32,000 nt of DNA, taken from an uncultured Candidatus Micrarchaeota archaeon. GTDB lineage: Archaea; Micrarchaeota; Micrarchaeia; Micrarchaeales; Micrarchaeaceae. A program made the translations under genes and the position numbers. Below the pieces are notes generated by a model that worked only from the letters and a program-made list of their open reading frames with translations, was not told the DNA's origin and did no database searches. Shown here in pieces: positions 16,100 to 24,627 of this stretch. The stretch is taken from assembly GCA_963741095.1 (NCBI GenBank), contig CAVUGN010000011.1:9326-41325 (forward strand), given 5' to 3'. Numbering within the stretch: the first letter of the stretch is position 1; the number at the start of each line of letters is the position of its first letter.

Positions 16100-17170
16100 T
16101 CAGAAGATAGTTCTCTGTCCCTTCCGCAGCTCCAGGGCGTAGACCCTCACTCCGACCTTCCTGACGGGTTTCTCCTTTACCAGCGTTTTCAGCAGCTCCT
16201 GCGATATGCCGTAGGCCAAGTCGAACGAATCGGAATAGTTGCTCAGGCTCTTGTTCTTTATCCGCTCGGTCAGGTCCGCATACCTCACCTTTACCGAGAC
16301 GCCCTTGAACCACATCTGCTGCTTTTTCACCTCCTCTACCGTCTCTTTTGTCAATTTTTCCAGGGCTTCCGTTATCCGGCCGATCTCGTTCGTGTAGCGG
16401 TCTAGGGTTATCTCCCTGCCTATGGACAGAACGTCGTACCTGTCCTCTATCCTGCTCTCATCGATGCCGTTCGCCAGCAGGAAGAGCTCCTTCCCGAAGG
16501 ATCCGAATGCGTCTATGAGCACGTTCGGGTCGACTTTCGACAACTCGCCTATCGTTCTTATCTTCATGCTCTCGAGCTTCTCGGCGGTCTTCCTGCCGAC
16601 CCCCAGCAGCGCGCCAACCTTCCTGTCCTTCAGGAAATCCTTCAGGTCCTCTTTCTTCAGCACGCCTATGCCGTTCGGCTTCGCGGTGTCGCAGACCATC
16701 TTCGCGTAGACCTTGCCGATGCTTATGCCCAAGGTGCAGGGCAGGCCCAGGCTGCTGTTGATCTTCTCCTTCACGGCCCTGGCCAGCTCCTCCGCCTTCT
16801 CGTAGTCGATCTCCCCGATGTCGAGCGCGGCCTCGTCTATGCTTATCACCTCCGTCCTGAAGCCGTAGTCCTTAAGCGTTTTCATAACCTTCTCCGAGAT
16901 CTCCATGTAGTAACGATCGTCCGATTCGAGATACACGAGGTTCGGCACCAGCTTCCTCGCCTGCGAGTAGGGCAGCGCGCTGTGGATCCCGAGCTTCCTG
17001 GTTTCGTAGTTGCAGGTCTCTACGACGCCGCGGTCCTTGCTCTTCACGGGAGCGCTGCCGACCACGAAGGGCTTGCCCTTCAATTCGGGGTGCCTCAGCT
17101 CCTCGCAGGCTGCGAAGAAGTAGTCCATGTCTATGAAAAGAACCAGCGGCAAAGCATCACCCAGAGCCAT
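16100..17170 (-). CDS. dinB: Y-family DNA polymerase IV (Dpo4/Dbh type)
   Basis: LFIDMDYFFAACEELRHPELKGKPFVV, SIDEAALD and the little-finger region are present. I place the start at ATG 17170 (MALGDALPLVLFIDMDYFF) rather than at 17248. The extra 26 codons are hydrophobic junk that would run through the TATA element and overlap the divergent gene. Confidence 0.9.
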   Translation of the reverse strand: MALGDALPLVLFIDMDYFFAACEELRHPELKGKPFVVGSAPVKSKDRGVVETCNYETRKLGIHSALPYSQARKLVPNLVYLESDDRYYMEISEKVMKTLKDYGFRTEVISIDEAALDIGEIDYEKAEELARAVKEKINSSLGLPCTLGISIGKVYAKMVCDTAKPNGIGVLKKEDLKDFLKDRKVGALLGVGRKTAEKLESMKIRTIGELSKVDPNVLIDAFGSFGKELFLLANGIDESRIEDRYDVLSIGREITLDRYTNEIGRITEALEKLTKETVEEVKKQQMWFKGVSVKVRYADLTERIKNKSLSNYSDSFDLAYGISQELLKTLVKEKPVRKVGVRVYALELRKGQRTIF

Positions 17171-17196
17171 AGTCCATCGTCTTACGCGGACAAAAA

Positions 17197-17215
17197 CTAT
17201 AAATATCATATAAAA
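17197..17215. promoter_or_regulatory. Bidirectional TATA-like element between dinB and ORF 17235
   Basis: ctataaatatcatataaaa is centred about 30 nt from ATG 17235 (+) and about 30-40 nt from ATG 17170 (-). Confidence 0.35.
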
Positions 17216-17234
17216 CAGAAGGGAAAGCGGTAAC

Positions 17235-17849
17235 ATGAGTGTAACCAAGCAAAACCATCAAGGCGACTTCACCGCCCTGACGCGCGCTTGCGATAATTTC
17301 AACAAACAGGTGGAATTCTCTCTCCGCGAGCTGGCGAGCTCAATAACCCGGCTGGTCAAAACCACCCGCGAGGATCAAAATTCATCAAAAATAATAGAAA
17401 AGCAGGCGCGCCAGCTCACCGCAAGGGCCTGCGAAGACGTCAAAAGGATTCGAGACATAATAACCGAAGAGATGATCGCGCTCCACCCATTCAATGCGTG
17501 CTCGACACCCGAGTCAAGGGTCCTGCTTTTGATAAAAGAGAAAGGGTTTTCGCCGCCAAACGGGGTTGCGAATCTGGACAAACCAGAGCAAAACCTGTTT
17601 CTCGAAGAGGCGAGGGTGATGATCGAAAGCGACAAGCTGTCGACCCTCATGAACGCAGGCAAGTTAAACTTCGAGGAGGTATTCAACACATTCAACAGGT
17701 TTAATCTGGTGTACAAATACTTCAGCGGAGCGAACTATCCCGGAGCATGGATCATAGAACTGACCCCATTAGGCAGGAAGCTGACCGAGGCAATCCAGAA
17801 GCAAAGAAGCGGACCCGCCGGGCCGACCAACATAATCCCGAGGAATTAG
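17235..17849 (+). CDS. Hypothetical protein
   Basis: 204-aa ORF with protein-like composition and its own promoter-like element. The C-terminal WIIELTPLGRKLTEAI is weakly winged-helix-like. No confident family. Confidence 0.45.
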   Translation: MSVTKQNHQGDFTALTRACDNFNKQVEFSLRELASSITRLVKTTREDQNSSKIIEKQARQLTARACEDVKRIRDIITEEMIALHPFNACSTPESRVLLLIKEKGFSPPNGVANLDKPEQNLFLEEARVMIESDKLSTLMNAGKLNFEEVFNTFNRFNLVYKYFSGANYPGAWIIELTPLGRKLTEAIQKQRSGPAGPTNIIPRN

Positions 17850-17977
17850 CGGCCTGATTTTAATCCCCGATTGCCGCCTAATTCAGCAAGGAATAAAAGC
17901 CTGCGCACTTAACCTGTATTGGATAATTACGCCAGCAAGCCACGGGGCTTATCGAGGTTTTCCAAACGGGTGTCTGA

Positions 17978-18952
17978 TTGGCTGACAACATCATCGAGGT
18001 CAAGGGCCTTAGGAAGGTCTACAAGCAGAGCGTGGTTGCCGTAGCAGACGTATCCTTCGAAGTGCGGCAGAACGAAATCTTCGGGCTTCTCGGCCCCAAC
18101 GGCGCCGGAAAGTCCACGGTCATGAAAATTCTTACAACGCTCATAGGCTCGACAAAGGGCGATGTCTCGATAAACGGGCTGAGTAGGACCGCGCAGGACG
18201 GAAAGATACGGGGAATAATAGGGTACGTGCCCCAGGACATCTCCGCGGACAGCACGCTCACCGGGTACGAGAACGTGCTTCTATCGGCAAAGCTGCATTA
18301 CCTGAGGGGGGAGGCGGTCGGCAAGCAGATAAACGAGGTGCTCAAGGAACTGGGGCTGTTCGACGCGAAGGACAGGCTCACGAACACCTACTCCGGGGGC
18401 ATGATACGCAAATTGGAGATGGCACAGGCGATGGTCCACACCCCGAGCATAATGTTCCTCGACGAGCCGTCGGTCGGCCTTGACCCCTACGCCCGGAAGG
18501 CCATATGGGACTACATCAAGAAATGGAAGAAGTCGCTGAACATCACCATAGTGCTCTCCACACACTACATGGAAGAGGCGGACGCCCTGTGCGACCGCAT
18601 CGCGATAATGAGCAAGGGAAAGATAATGGCGCTGGGCACGCCGGAAGAGCTCAAGAGGTCCGTTGGAAAGTCGATGGTCATCCTTGAAGTGGGCGGCAAC
18701 AAGAAGGTCAGGATCCCCGGCGCGAAGTTCATTGGCAACCGCATATCCATACCTTCCGATGAGCCGGACGAGGACCTGCCCAGATACATAAACATGCTTT
18801 ACAAGAAAGGCGTCATCGTGAAATCTGCAATGGTGAAGAGCCCCACCCTTGACGACGTCTTCATCAAGTACACGGGCAAGAGCATGCAGGAGAAGGGCGG
18901 CGAATGGGGCGCTACAACCAAAGCGAGAAGGGTGGCAAGGCGAGTGGGATGA
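17978..18952 (+). CDS. ABC transporter ATP-binding protein (ABC-2/DrrA-like exporter)
   Basis: Walker A GPNGAGKST, signature YSGGMIRKL, Walker B MFLDEPSVGLD and H-loop STHYMEEA. It has a TTG start at 17978. Confidence 0.9.
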   Translation: MADNIIEVKGLRKVYKQSVVAVADVSFEVRQNEIFGLLGPNGAGKSTVMKILTTLIGSTKGDVSINGLSRTAQDGKIRGIIGYVPQDISADSTLTGYENVLLSAKLHYLRGEAVGKQINEVLKELGLFDAKDRLTNTYSGGMIRKLEMAQAMVHTPSIMFLDEPSVGLDPYARKAIWDYIKKWKKSLNITIVLSTHYMEEADALCDRIAIMSKGKIMALGTPEELKRSVGKSMVILEVGGNKKVRIPGAKFIGNRISIPSDEPDEDLPRYINMLYKKGVIVKSAMVKSPTLDDVFIKYTGKSMQEKGGEWGATTKARRVARRVG

Positions 18953-19719
18953 AACCGTACGAGAGCCTGTACAAACTGTCGGCGATCATAGAGATAGAGG
19001 TAAGGAAGCTGAGTCACGACAAGACCGAGGTGCTCACAAGGACGGTCCAGCCCATCCTCTGGCTCCTGATATTCGGCGAGGTGTTCAGCGTGAACAAGCT
19101 GATACCGACCGGGCCATACAACTACCTGCAGTTCGTGGCTCCAGGAATACTGGGGCAGTCCGTGCTCTTCACATCCATATTCTTCGGCATAACCATGGTG
19201 TGGGACCGCGAATCAGGGACCCTGTCCAAGATACTCGTTTCGCCGGTATCGCGCGTCTCCATCATGCTCGGGAAGGCGCTCTCATCAGGGGTGCGTGCCA
19301 TAATGCAGGCCGTGCTCCTTCTGGTGGTGTGCCTGCTGCTCGGGATAACCTTCTACCCGCACCTGCTGTATACGCTTGCGATCTTCCCTGTGCTAGTGCT
19401 TATGGCTGCGCTGTTCTCCAGCATCTCGATGGTGATAGCCAGCCAGTTCAAGACAAGGGAGCGGGTCATGGGGTTGGGCCAGCTGATAACGATGCCTCTA
19501 TTCTTCACCAGCGACGCGCTGTACCCGATAAGCATAATGCCCAAGTGGCTTCAGGTCATATCCTACTTCAATCCATTGACCTACGGAGTGAACTTGCTGA
19601 GGGCCCTCCTGCTCACCGGCAACCTGGCCGGCGCATGGCTGGACATCGGCGTCCTGCTGGCCTACCTGGCCGTGTTCACGCTGATAGGCGCGAAGCTGCT
19701 GAACAAGATAATGGAATGA
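18949..19719 (+). CDS. ABC-2 type transporter permease
   Basis: Six hydrophobic segments. The start ATG 18949 overlaps the ATPase stop (ATGA). The ORF-track start at 18904 is probably too far upstream. Confidence 0.8.
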   Translation: MKPYESLYKLSAIIEIEVRKLSHDKTEVLTRTVQPILWLLIFGEVFSVNKLIPTGPYNYLQFVAPGILGQSVLFTSIFFGITMVWDRESGTLSKILVSPVSRVSIMLGKALSSGVRAIMQAVLLLVVCLLLGITFYPHLLYTLAIFPVLVLMAALFSSISMVIASQFKTRERVMGLGQLITMPLFFTSDALYPISIMPKWLQVISYFNPLTYGVNLLRALLLTGNLAGAWLDIGVLLAYLAVFTLIGAKLLNKIME

Positions 19720-20556
19720 TTGATCCGCATGCGCGCCCCCAAATTCGCAGGCAGTTTCTACCCTTCGAGCAAGGAACAGCTCTCGAAGCTGGTCAACGAG
19801 TATGTCAATTCTGCGGAAGTGAACTCCAAAACCGTAAACGAGGCGCTTTCCTACGTTGCCCCCCATGCTGGCTACATCTATTCTGGCAGCACGGCCGGAT
19901 ACACCTACAAAGCCCTGTCGCTGAACAAGCGCCTCAAGGATATGGACACGATAGTGGTGATCGGCCCAAACCACACGGGCATGGGCCAGGCGATATCGGT
20001 ATCGCTCGAAGACTGGAAGACCCCTCTGGGCGTCTCGGAGAACGACAAGGAGCTGTCAAAGGCGATATGTGGCTTCTCCGATTACGTGAGCATGGACGAG
20101 GACGCGCACTCAGAGGAGCATTCAATCGAGGTCCAGCTCCCCTTCCTCCAGACCGTGGCGCCCGGAAAGAGGCTGTGCATGATATGCATGGGCGACCAGA
20201 GCCTCGAATCCGCCAAGATGCTGTCAAGCGCGATATTCAAAGCAGCAGAGCAGTTGAAAAGGAACATAGCGATAGTGGCAAGCTCCGACTTCGACCACTA
20301 CGAGCAGAGCGACGTCGCGCGCGAGAAGGATGTGCAGCTGCACGACGCGATGAAGGGCCTCGACAGCGACAAGTTCAACAGCCTGTTGCACTCGCTTGAC
20401 GATTCCGCCTGCGGGCACGGCCCGATAACCGTAGCGATGATGTTCGCAAAGGAAAAGGGCGCAAGCAAGGGGACGATACTGAAGTACATCAATTCGGGAG
20501 ACAAGACAGGGGATTATTCCAGCGTTGTCGCCTACACGTCCGCGATCTTCGCCTGA
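19720..20556 (+). CDS. MEMO1-family protein (AmmeMemoRadiSam system protein B-like)
   Basis: PKFAGSFYPSS..., YVAPHAGYIYSG, GPNHTG, EHSIEVQLPFLQ and DFDHY. The likely real start is ATG 19729. Confidence 0.85.
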   Translation: MIRMRAPKFAGSFYPSSKEQLSKLVNEYVNSAEVNSKTVNEALSYVAPHAGYIYSGSTAGYTYKALSLNKRLKDMDTIVVIGPNHTGMGQAISVSLEDWKTPLGVSENDKELSKAICGFSDYVSMDEDAHSEEHSIEVQLPFLQTVAPGKRLCMICMGDQSLESAKMLSSAIFKAAEQLKRNIAIVASSDFDHYEQSDVAREKDVQLHDAMKGLDSDKFNSLLHSLDDSACGHGPITVAMMFAKEKGASKGTILKYINSGDKTGDYSSVVAYTSAIFA

Positions 20557-21777
20557 TTAGAGGATTGTGCCTATGCCCGCGAACTTATTGTTGTTGTAGA
20601 GAATGAACCTGCCGAGCTCATGGGTCTTGTCGTAGCTCTCGAACGATACCTTCCTGTCAAGTTCGACTTCCGCTTCCATCGCGTCGAGCATCTTGACCCT
20701 GTTGTCGCTCTTCCTCTCGCCGGTGGTGGTGTCGATGCTCTCCAGCACCTTGAGGGATTTGCAGCCTATGTCTATGTCGTTGAATTTTATCCTCAGGTTC
20801 TCCCTTCCTGGGTGCGTTACAAATATCAGCGCCTTGATCTTATTGCCGACCTTCGGTGCGCTCTCCTTGCCTGCTAAGACGGAACCCCTTATCTCCGACT
20901 TGATCGGATCTCCCAGCTCAAAAGCCACGCTCGTTCCGGTCTTCGCGATCTTCACGCTCTTTCCTTTCGTGACTATCCTCTTTATCTTGCTCTCAAAGCC
21001 CGAAGGATAGACGCGCACCGCGTCCCCCACTTTCATTACCCCGCTGACTATCTTCCCCGCCACTACCTTGTTCTCGCCGTCAAGGAATCCCTGCAGCACG
21101 ACCCGAAGATCCTTGCCTGCCTTGGTGTCTCCCAATTTTGCGTTTATGTAAAGCAGGTCTATCAGCGGCTTGCCGCTGTACCACTTCATCTTGTCGCTCT
21201 TCGTTATCAGATTGTCCTTCATGTAAGCAGAGATCGGGACGAAGTATATCTTGTCCTTGGAGAAGCCTATTTTCTGTATGAATTTTGCAAGCGTTCCTTC
21301 AATCTCTTCAAACTTCTTCTGGTCGTAGTTGACCAGGTCCATCTTGTTCACGGCAACGACCAGTCTGTGTATGCCCAGCATGCGTGCCACGAAGAGGTGT
21401 CTCTTCGTCTGCTCCCTTATGCCTTCATCGGCCTTGGCAGATACGATCAGCACTGCGATGTCCGCCTGCGAGGCTCCGCTGATCATGTTCTTTATCAGCT
21501 CCTCGTGGCCCGGCACGTCGATGAACTCGAAGGCGAGCTCATTGTACGGAATCTTTTCCGTTCGCGTGGTGTCTATTGTCAGTCCTCCCTCACGTTCCTC
21601 GTGGAAGCTGTCAAGAATGTAGCCTGGCTCGAACCTTGTCCCTATCTGCGCGCTCGTCCGCTCCGCTTCCTGCAACTTCGCGGGATTGATGCGGTTCGTG
21701 AGTATAAGCATGTTGCCTATCAGCGTCGACTTGCCGTGGTCCTTGTGTCCTAGCAGCGTGATTCTTTTTACCAGCAT
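20557..21777 (-). CDS. cysN: CysN-like translational-type GTPase (sulfate adenylyltransferase subunit 1-like)
   Basis: G1 GHKDHGKST, G3 DVPGHEE, G4 NKMD and EF-Tu-like domains II/III. It lies immediately downstream of a clear CysD homologue and has no APS-kinase fusion. Confidence 0.7.
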   Translation of the reverse strand: MLVKRITLLGHKDHGKSTLIGNMLILTNRINPAKLQEAERTSAQIGTRFEPGYILDSFHEEREGGLTIDTTRTEKIPYNELAFEFIDVPGHEELIKNMISGASQADIAVLIVSAKADEGIREQTKRHLFVARMLGIHRLVVAVNKMDLVNYDQKKFEEIEGTLAKFIQKIGFSKDKIYFVPISAYMKDNLITKSDKMKWYSGKPLIDLLYINAKLGDTKAGKDLRVVLQGFLDGENKVVAGKIVSGVMKVGDAVRVYPSGFESKIKRIVTKGKSVKIAKTGTSVAFELGDPIKSEIRGSVLAGKESAPKVGNKIKALIFVTHPGRENLRIKFNDIDIGCKSLKVLESIDTTTGERKSDNRVKMLDAMEAEVELDRKVSFESYDKTHELGRFILYNNNKFAGIGTIL

Positions 21778-21781
21778 GATA

Positions 21782-22570
21782 TCACATGTATCCGAGAGCC
21801 CTCAATTTTTGCATCACGTACTCTTTTTCCTTGTCCTGCGACCTTCCCGATCTCTCGTCAGTCTCGGTGCCTTCGAGCTCCTTTATTATTTCGTCTATGT
21901 TCTTCGCCTCGGACTTGAGCGGCACGGTGCAGTGCGTGCATCCCAGGCTCCTGTACCTGTAGCCGTTCCTTGAGAAGTACAACGGCACCACCGGGACCTT
22001 CTCCTTCTTGACGTAGCTCCAAACATCAACTTCGTTCCAGTCCAGCATCGGGTGCACTCTTATGTGACCCTTTGTGTCCATCTTTGATGAATAGTCGTCC
22101 CAAAGCTCGGCAGGCTGGTTCTTGTAGTTCCACCTGAAGTTCTCGTTCCTGGGGCTGAAGTATCTCTCCTTCGCCCTTATCCAGTGCTCGTCCCGCCTTA
22201 TGCCCATCATAAGCGCGTCGAAGCCGTACTCTTTCATGACCTCCTTAAGTGCGACTGTCTTTGGCTCTCCGCAGCAGGCCAATCCCCAATCTGCGGGGGT
22301 TATCTTCGTCTTCCCGACAATGAGGTCCAGGCCCCAGTCATCGGTGAGCTTCTTCCTGAATGCATAAGTTTCCGGGAAGTCGAGACCGTTGTCGATGTGT
22401 ATCACCGGGAACGGTACCTTGCCAAGGAAGGCCTTCCTCGCTACCGCAAGCATGGCTGTGGAATCCTTGCCCATGCTCCACAGCGCGGCGATGTTCTTGA
22501 ACTTCAGCTTCGCCTCGCGTATTATGAATATGCTCTTCTCCTCGAGTTTTCCGACGTCTTGTATTATCAT
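21782..22570 (-). CDS. cysD: Sulfate adenylyltransferase subunit 2 (CysD, PAPS-reductase/ATP-PPase fold)
   Basis: It aligns by eye along its whole length to E. coli CysD: LEEKSIFIIRE, WSMGKDSTAMLAVARKAF, PFPVIHIDNG, YGFDALMMGIRRDE..RAKER, RVHPMLDWNEVDVWSY, RYRSLGC. Confidence 0.85.
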   Translation of the reverse strand: MIIQDVGKLEEKSIFIIREAKLKFKNIAALWSMGKDSTAMLAVARKAFLGKVPFPVIHIDNGLDFPETYAFRKKLTDDWGLDLIVGKTKITPADWGLACCGEPKTVALKEVMKEYGFDALMMGIRRDEHWIRAKERYFSPRNENFRWNYKNQPAELWDDYSSKMDTKGHIRVHPMLDWNEVDVWSYVKKEKVPVVPLYFSRNGYRYRSLGCTHCTVPLKSEAKNIDEIIKELEGTETDERSGRSQDKEKEYVMQKLRALGYM

Positions 22571-22571
22571 A

Positions 22572-22874
22572 TCAATCCACCTTGTTCGCGTTCAGGAGGC
22601 CCATCAGGTATATCATCGCGCCCTCTATGCTGTTCTTGGATGACTTCTTGTAGACCGGCACCTTCGTGACCACCTTGTACTTCCCGTCGTACAGCACCGC
22701 GTACGACTCCTTGAGGTCCTTCAGCCTCTTGATCTTGTCGTTCACGTAGAATGTCTTATAGTACCTTATCTTGCTCTCCTTCAGCGCCTTGGAAAAGGCC
22801 ACCCAATTCTTCTCGCTGGGGTCCTTCCAGAGCTGTGAAACAGTGGCATCAAAGCCGTTTTTGCTAGTCGTCAT
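22572..22874 (-). CDS. Hypothetical small protein, first gene of the cysDN operon
   Basis: 100-aa Lys-rich ORF whose stop is 1 nt from the cysD start. AT-rich TATA-like sequences lie upstream (22890-22935). No family recognised. Confidence 0.4.
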   Translation of the reverse strand: MTTSKNGFDATVSQLWKDPSEKNWVAFSKALKESKIRYYKTFYVNDKIKRLKDLKESYAVLYDGKYKVVTKVPVYKKSSKNSIEGAMIYLMGLLNANKVD

Positions 22875-22968
22875 AATATCACGTCAGGCTCTATTAATGT
22901 AGTAACATTATAATACATTAAAGATATAAAAAGCTTTTGGTAAGCCTTTTCGACGTGTTTCTGCAGGA

Positions 22969-23940
22969 TCAGGCCTTCTTCTTGATGAGTGCGAAGCCCG
23001 CCAGCATCGCCTCCAGCTGTATGCGCTCGTTCGCACCTTCTACTATCCTGAAATTGTATTCTCCCATGTCCTTTATCGCGCTGAGCTTCGTCTCGTTGTC
23101 AACGTCCATGTTCTGTACCTCCCTGTAGCACTGAGTCAGTATGTCCTCTGCGCTCATTCCATGCTTGAACATAAGGTTGTCCAGCTCGGTCCTCGCGCTC
23201 AGGAAGTCGCCGGTGAGCGATGACCTGAGCATAGCCATGACCTCCTTCGGCCTTGCCCTTGCTGCGACGTCGTATATGCTAGCTTCGGTGATCTTCTTGT
23301 TCTGCATCGCCGCGCTCTGCAGCACGTTCGTCACCTTCCTCAGGTCGCCGTCTCCCACATAAACGAGCGCGCTTATCACCTTCTCATCAAGCTCAAGGTT
23401 CTCGCCTTTTGCTATCCTGGTTATGTACTTCTCCATATCCTCCTCGCTCAGGGGCCTGAACCTGAAGACGACGCACCTGCTCTGTATCGGCTCTATGATC
23501 TTGCTGGCGTAGTTCGCGCTGAGTATGAACCTTGTTTCCGATGCGAACATCTCCATGGTTCTCCTGAGCGCATGCTGCGCGTCGGCGGTCAGCGCGTCAG
23601 CCTCATCAAGGAATATTATTTTTATCGGCACCTTTGCAACCGATATGGTTTTTGCGAACTCCTTCACGGCCCCTCTTATCACGTCTATTCCGCGCTCGTC
23701 GCTTGCGTTCAGCTCCTTCATCGCGCTGCCCAGGTTGTCCCCATAGAGGTCCCTTGCCATGGCAACTGCGCATGTGGTTTTTCCTATGCCTGCCGGTCCC
23801 GCGAATATCATGCTTGGGAAGTTGCCCCTCTCGACAAACGATCTGAGGCGATCGACGATCAGCTTCTGGCCTATGACCTCAGAAAGCCCTCTGGGTCTGT
23901 ATTTTTCGGTCCAGGGGAGATCCAAAAGCATTAGCATCAC
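22969..23940 (-). CDS. rfcS: Replication factor C small subunit
   Basis: PWTEKYRP, GPAGIGKTT, IIFLDEADALT, the SRC motif (IQSRCVVFRF) and a C-terminal collar domain. Confidence 0.92.
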   Translation of the reverse strand: MMLMLLDLPWTEKYRPRGLSEVIGQKLIVDRLRSFVERGNFPSMIFAGPAGIGKTTCAVAMARDLYGDNLGSAMKELNASDERGIDVIRGAVKEFAKTISVAKVPIKIIFLDEADALTADAQHALRRTMEMFASETRFILSANYASKIIEPIQSRCVVFRFRPLSEEDMEKYITRIAKGENLELDEKVISALVYVGDGDLRKVTNVLQSAAMQNKKITEASIYDVAARARPKEVMAMLRSSLTGDFLSARTELDNLMFKHGMSAEDILTQCYREVQNMDVDNETKLSAIKDMGEYNFRIVEGANERIQLEAMLAGFALIKKKA

Positions 23941-24015
23941 TATCTGTATTACTACTTTGGTGGAAGGTATTTATTAGCTTTTCCGTGAATACTAATCCTG
24001 TAACGTCTTCTCAAG

Positions 24016-24091
24016 GGGGAGCTACGCTAACCTGGCAGACCATCAGCCTTGGGCGCTGACAATCGGAGTTCAAATCTCCGGCTCCCCACCA
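24016..24091 (+). tRNA. tRNA-Pro (UGG) with encoded CCA; integration target
   Basis: Acceptor GGGGAGC 24016-24022 / GCTCCCC 24081-24087. The anticodon stem is TCAGC/GCTGA with loop CTTGGGC (TGG at 24050-24052). The T arm is CGGAG-TTCAAAT-CTCCG (24064-24080), followed by A24088 and CCA 24089-24091. The D stem pairs poorly in every register I tried, which lowers confidence. Confidence 0.7.
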
Positions 24092-24210
24092 GGAAAATTA
24101 TCGACGACAAAATTCGCCTTTTCGACGTATGTTGGAGATGTGGACTGTATTCAACAAAACTACATGTAAATCTGGTATAGTTCCAGGTATAGTCTTGAGT
24201 ATAGCTTATA

Positions 24211-24471
24211 TTATTTCCTATACTCATAATGGCTCACGGCCTTGCCGTACCTGCTACTTATGTTCTTTGAGATGTAATCAGCGACATCTAACGGCTCCTT
24301 GCCGTCCGTGAACCTGGCCTTGACCACGAATCCGCAGTCGCCTTCGGTCAGTAGGACCTCCTTGACGGACTCGAACATCATCAGCTTCTCTGCGATCCCG
24401 CCGGCGTCTGCGTTCTCTTTTGGCCTTACGAAATAGAGCCCGTACATCGCGCCTATTCTCTTTTTACCCAT
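24211..24471 (-). CDS. Stand-alone RAM (Lrp/AsnC ligand-binding) domain-like protein, 86 aa
   Basis: LYFVRPKENADAGGIAEKLMMFESVKEVLLTEGDCGFVVKARF fits the beta-alpha-beta-beta-alpha-beta RAM pattern (compare xVxxVxxVTGxYDxxxxV). It is nucleotide-identical to 29420..29680. Confidence 0.6.
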   Translation of the reverse strand: MGKKRIGAMYGLYFVRPKENADAGGIAEKLMMFESVKEVLLTEGDCGFVVKARFTDGKEPLDVADYISKNISSRYGKAVSHYEYRK

Positions 24472-24486
24472 GTCAATCCACCATAA

Positions 24487-24627
24487 TCATAATCGGTCTA
24501 TATCAAGCAACTTGACGAACACGCTGTGGCATCTGTCGCATTCCTCGATCACGAACCTGCCGTTCACCACCCGCTTGCACACCAGCCTTCCTGTTCTGCA
24601 CCTGCTGCATGCAACGCCGCCGTTCAT
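24487..24627 (-). CDS. 46-aa zinc-ribbon protein (not in the ORF track)
   Basis: Hand translation gives MNGGVACSRCRTGRLVCKRVVNGRFVIEECDRCHSVFVKLLDIDRL, with CxxC...CxxC. Its ATG overlaps the upstream stop (ATGA at 24624-24627). It is conserved as a 47-aa version in copy 2. Confidence 0.6.
   Translation of the reverse strand: MNGGVACSRCRTGRLVCKRVVNGRFVIEECDRCHSVFVKLLDIDRL

Noticed and set aside
17171-17248. 26-codon N-terminal extension of the polymerase IV ORF
   Set aside because: The extension is hydrophobic junk (MVTLMLPLSLLFYMIFIVFVRVRRWT). It would run through the TATA-like element and overlap the divergent gene. The Met at 17170 gives the canonical start just before LFIDMDYFFAA.
18849-20399. 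516-aa ORF on the plus strand, the longest in the region
   Set aside because: It is an Arg/Ala/Pro/Gly-rich alternative-frame product lying over the ABC-2 permease and Memo-like genes, both of which have clear family motifs in their own frames. This is a typical GC-rich shadow ORF.
24027-24311. ORFs crossing the att core and tRNA (24027..24227 minus; 24129..24311 and 29338..29520 plus), considered as possible split SSV-type integrase fragments
   Set aside because: Their composition is not protein-like, they lack recombinase catalytic motifs, one reads through the tRNA gene, and the plus-strand ones are antisense to the conserved 86-aa gene. I cannot exclude a very short Int(N) remnant without a profile search.
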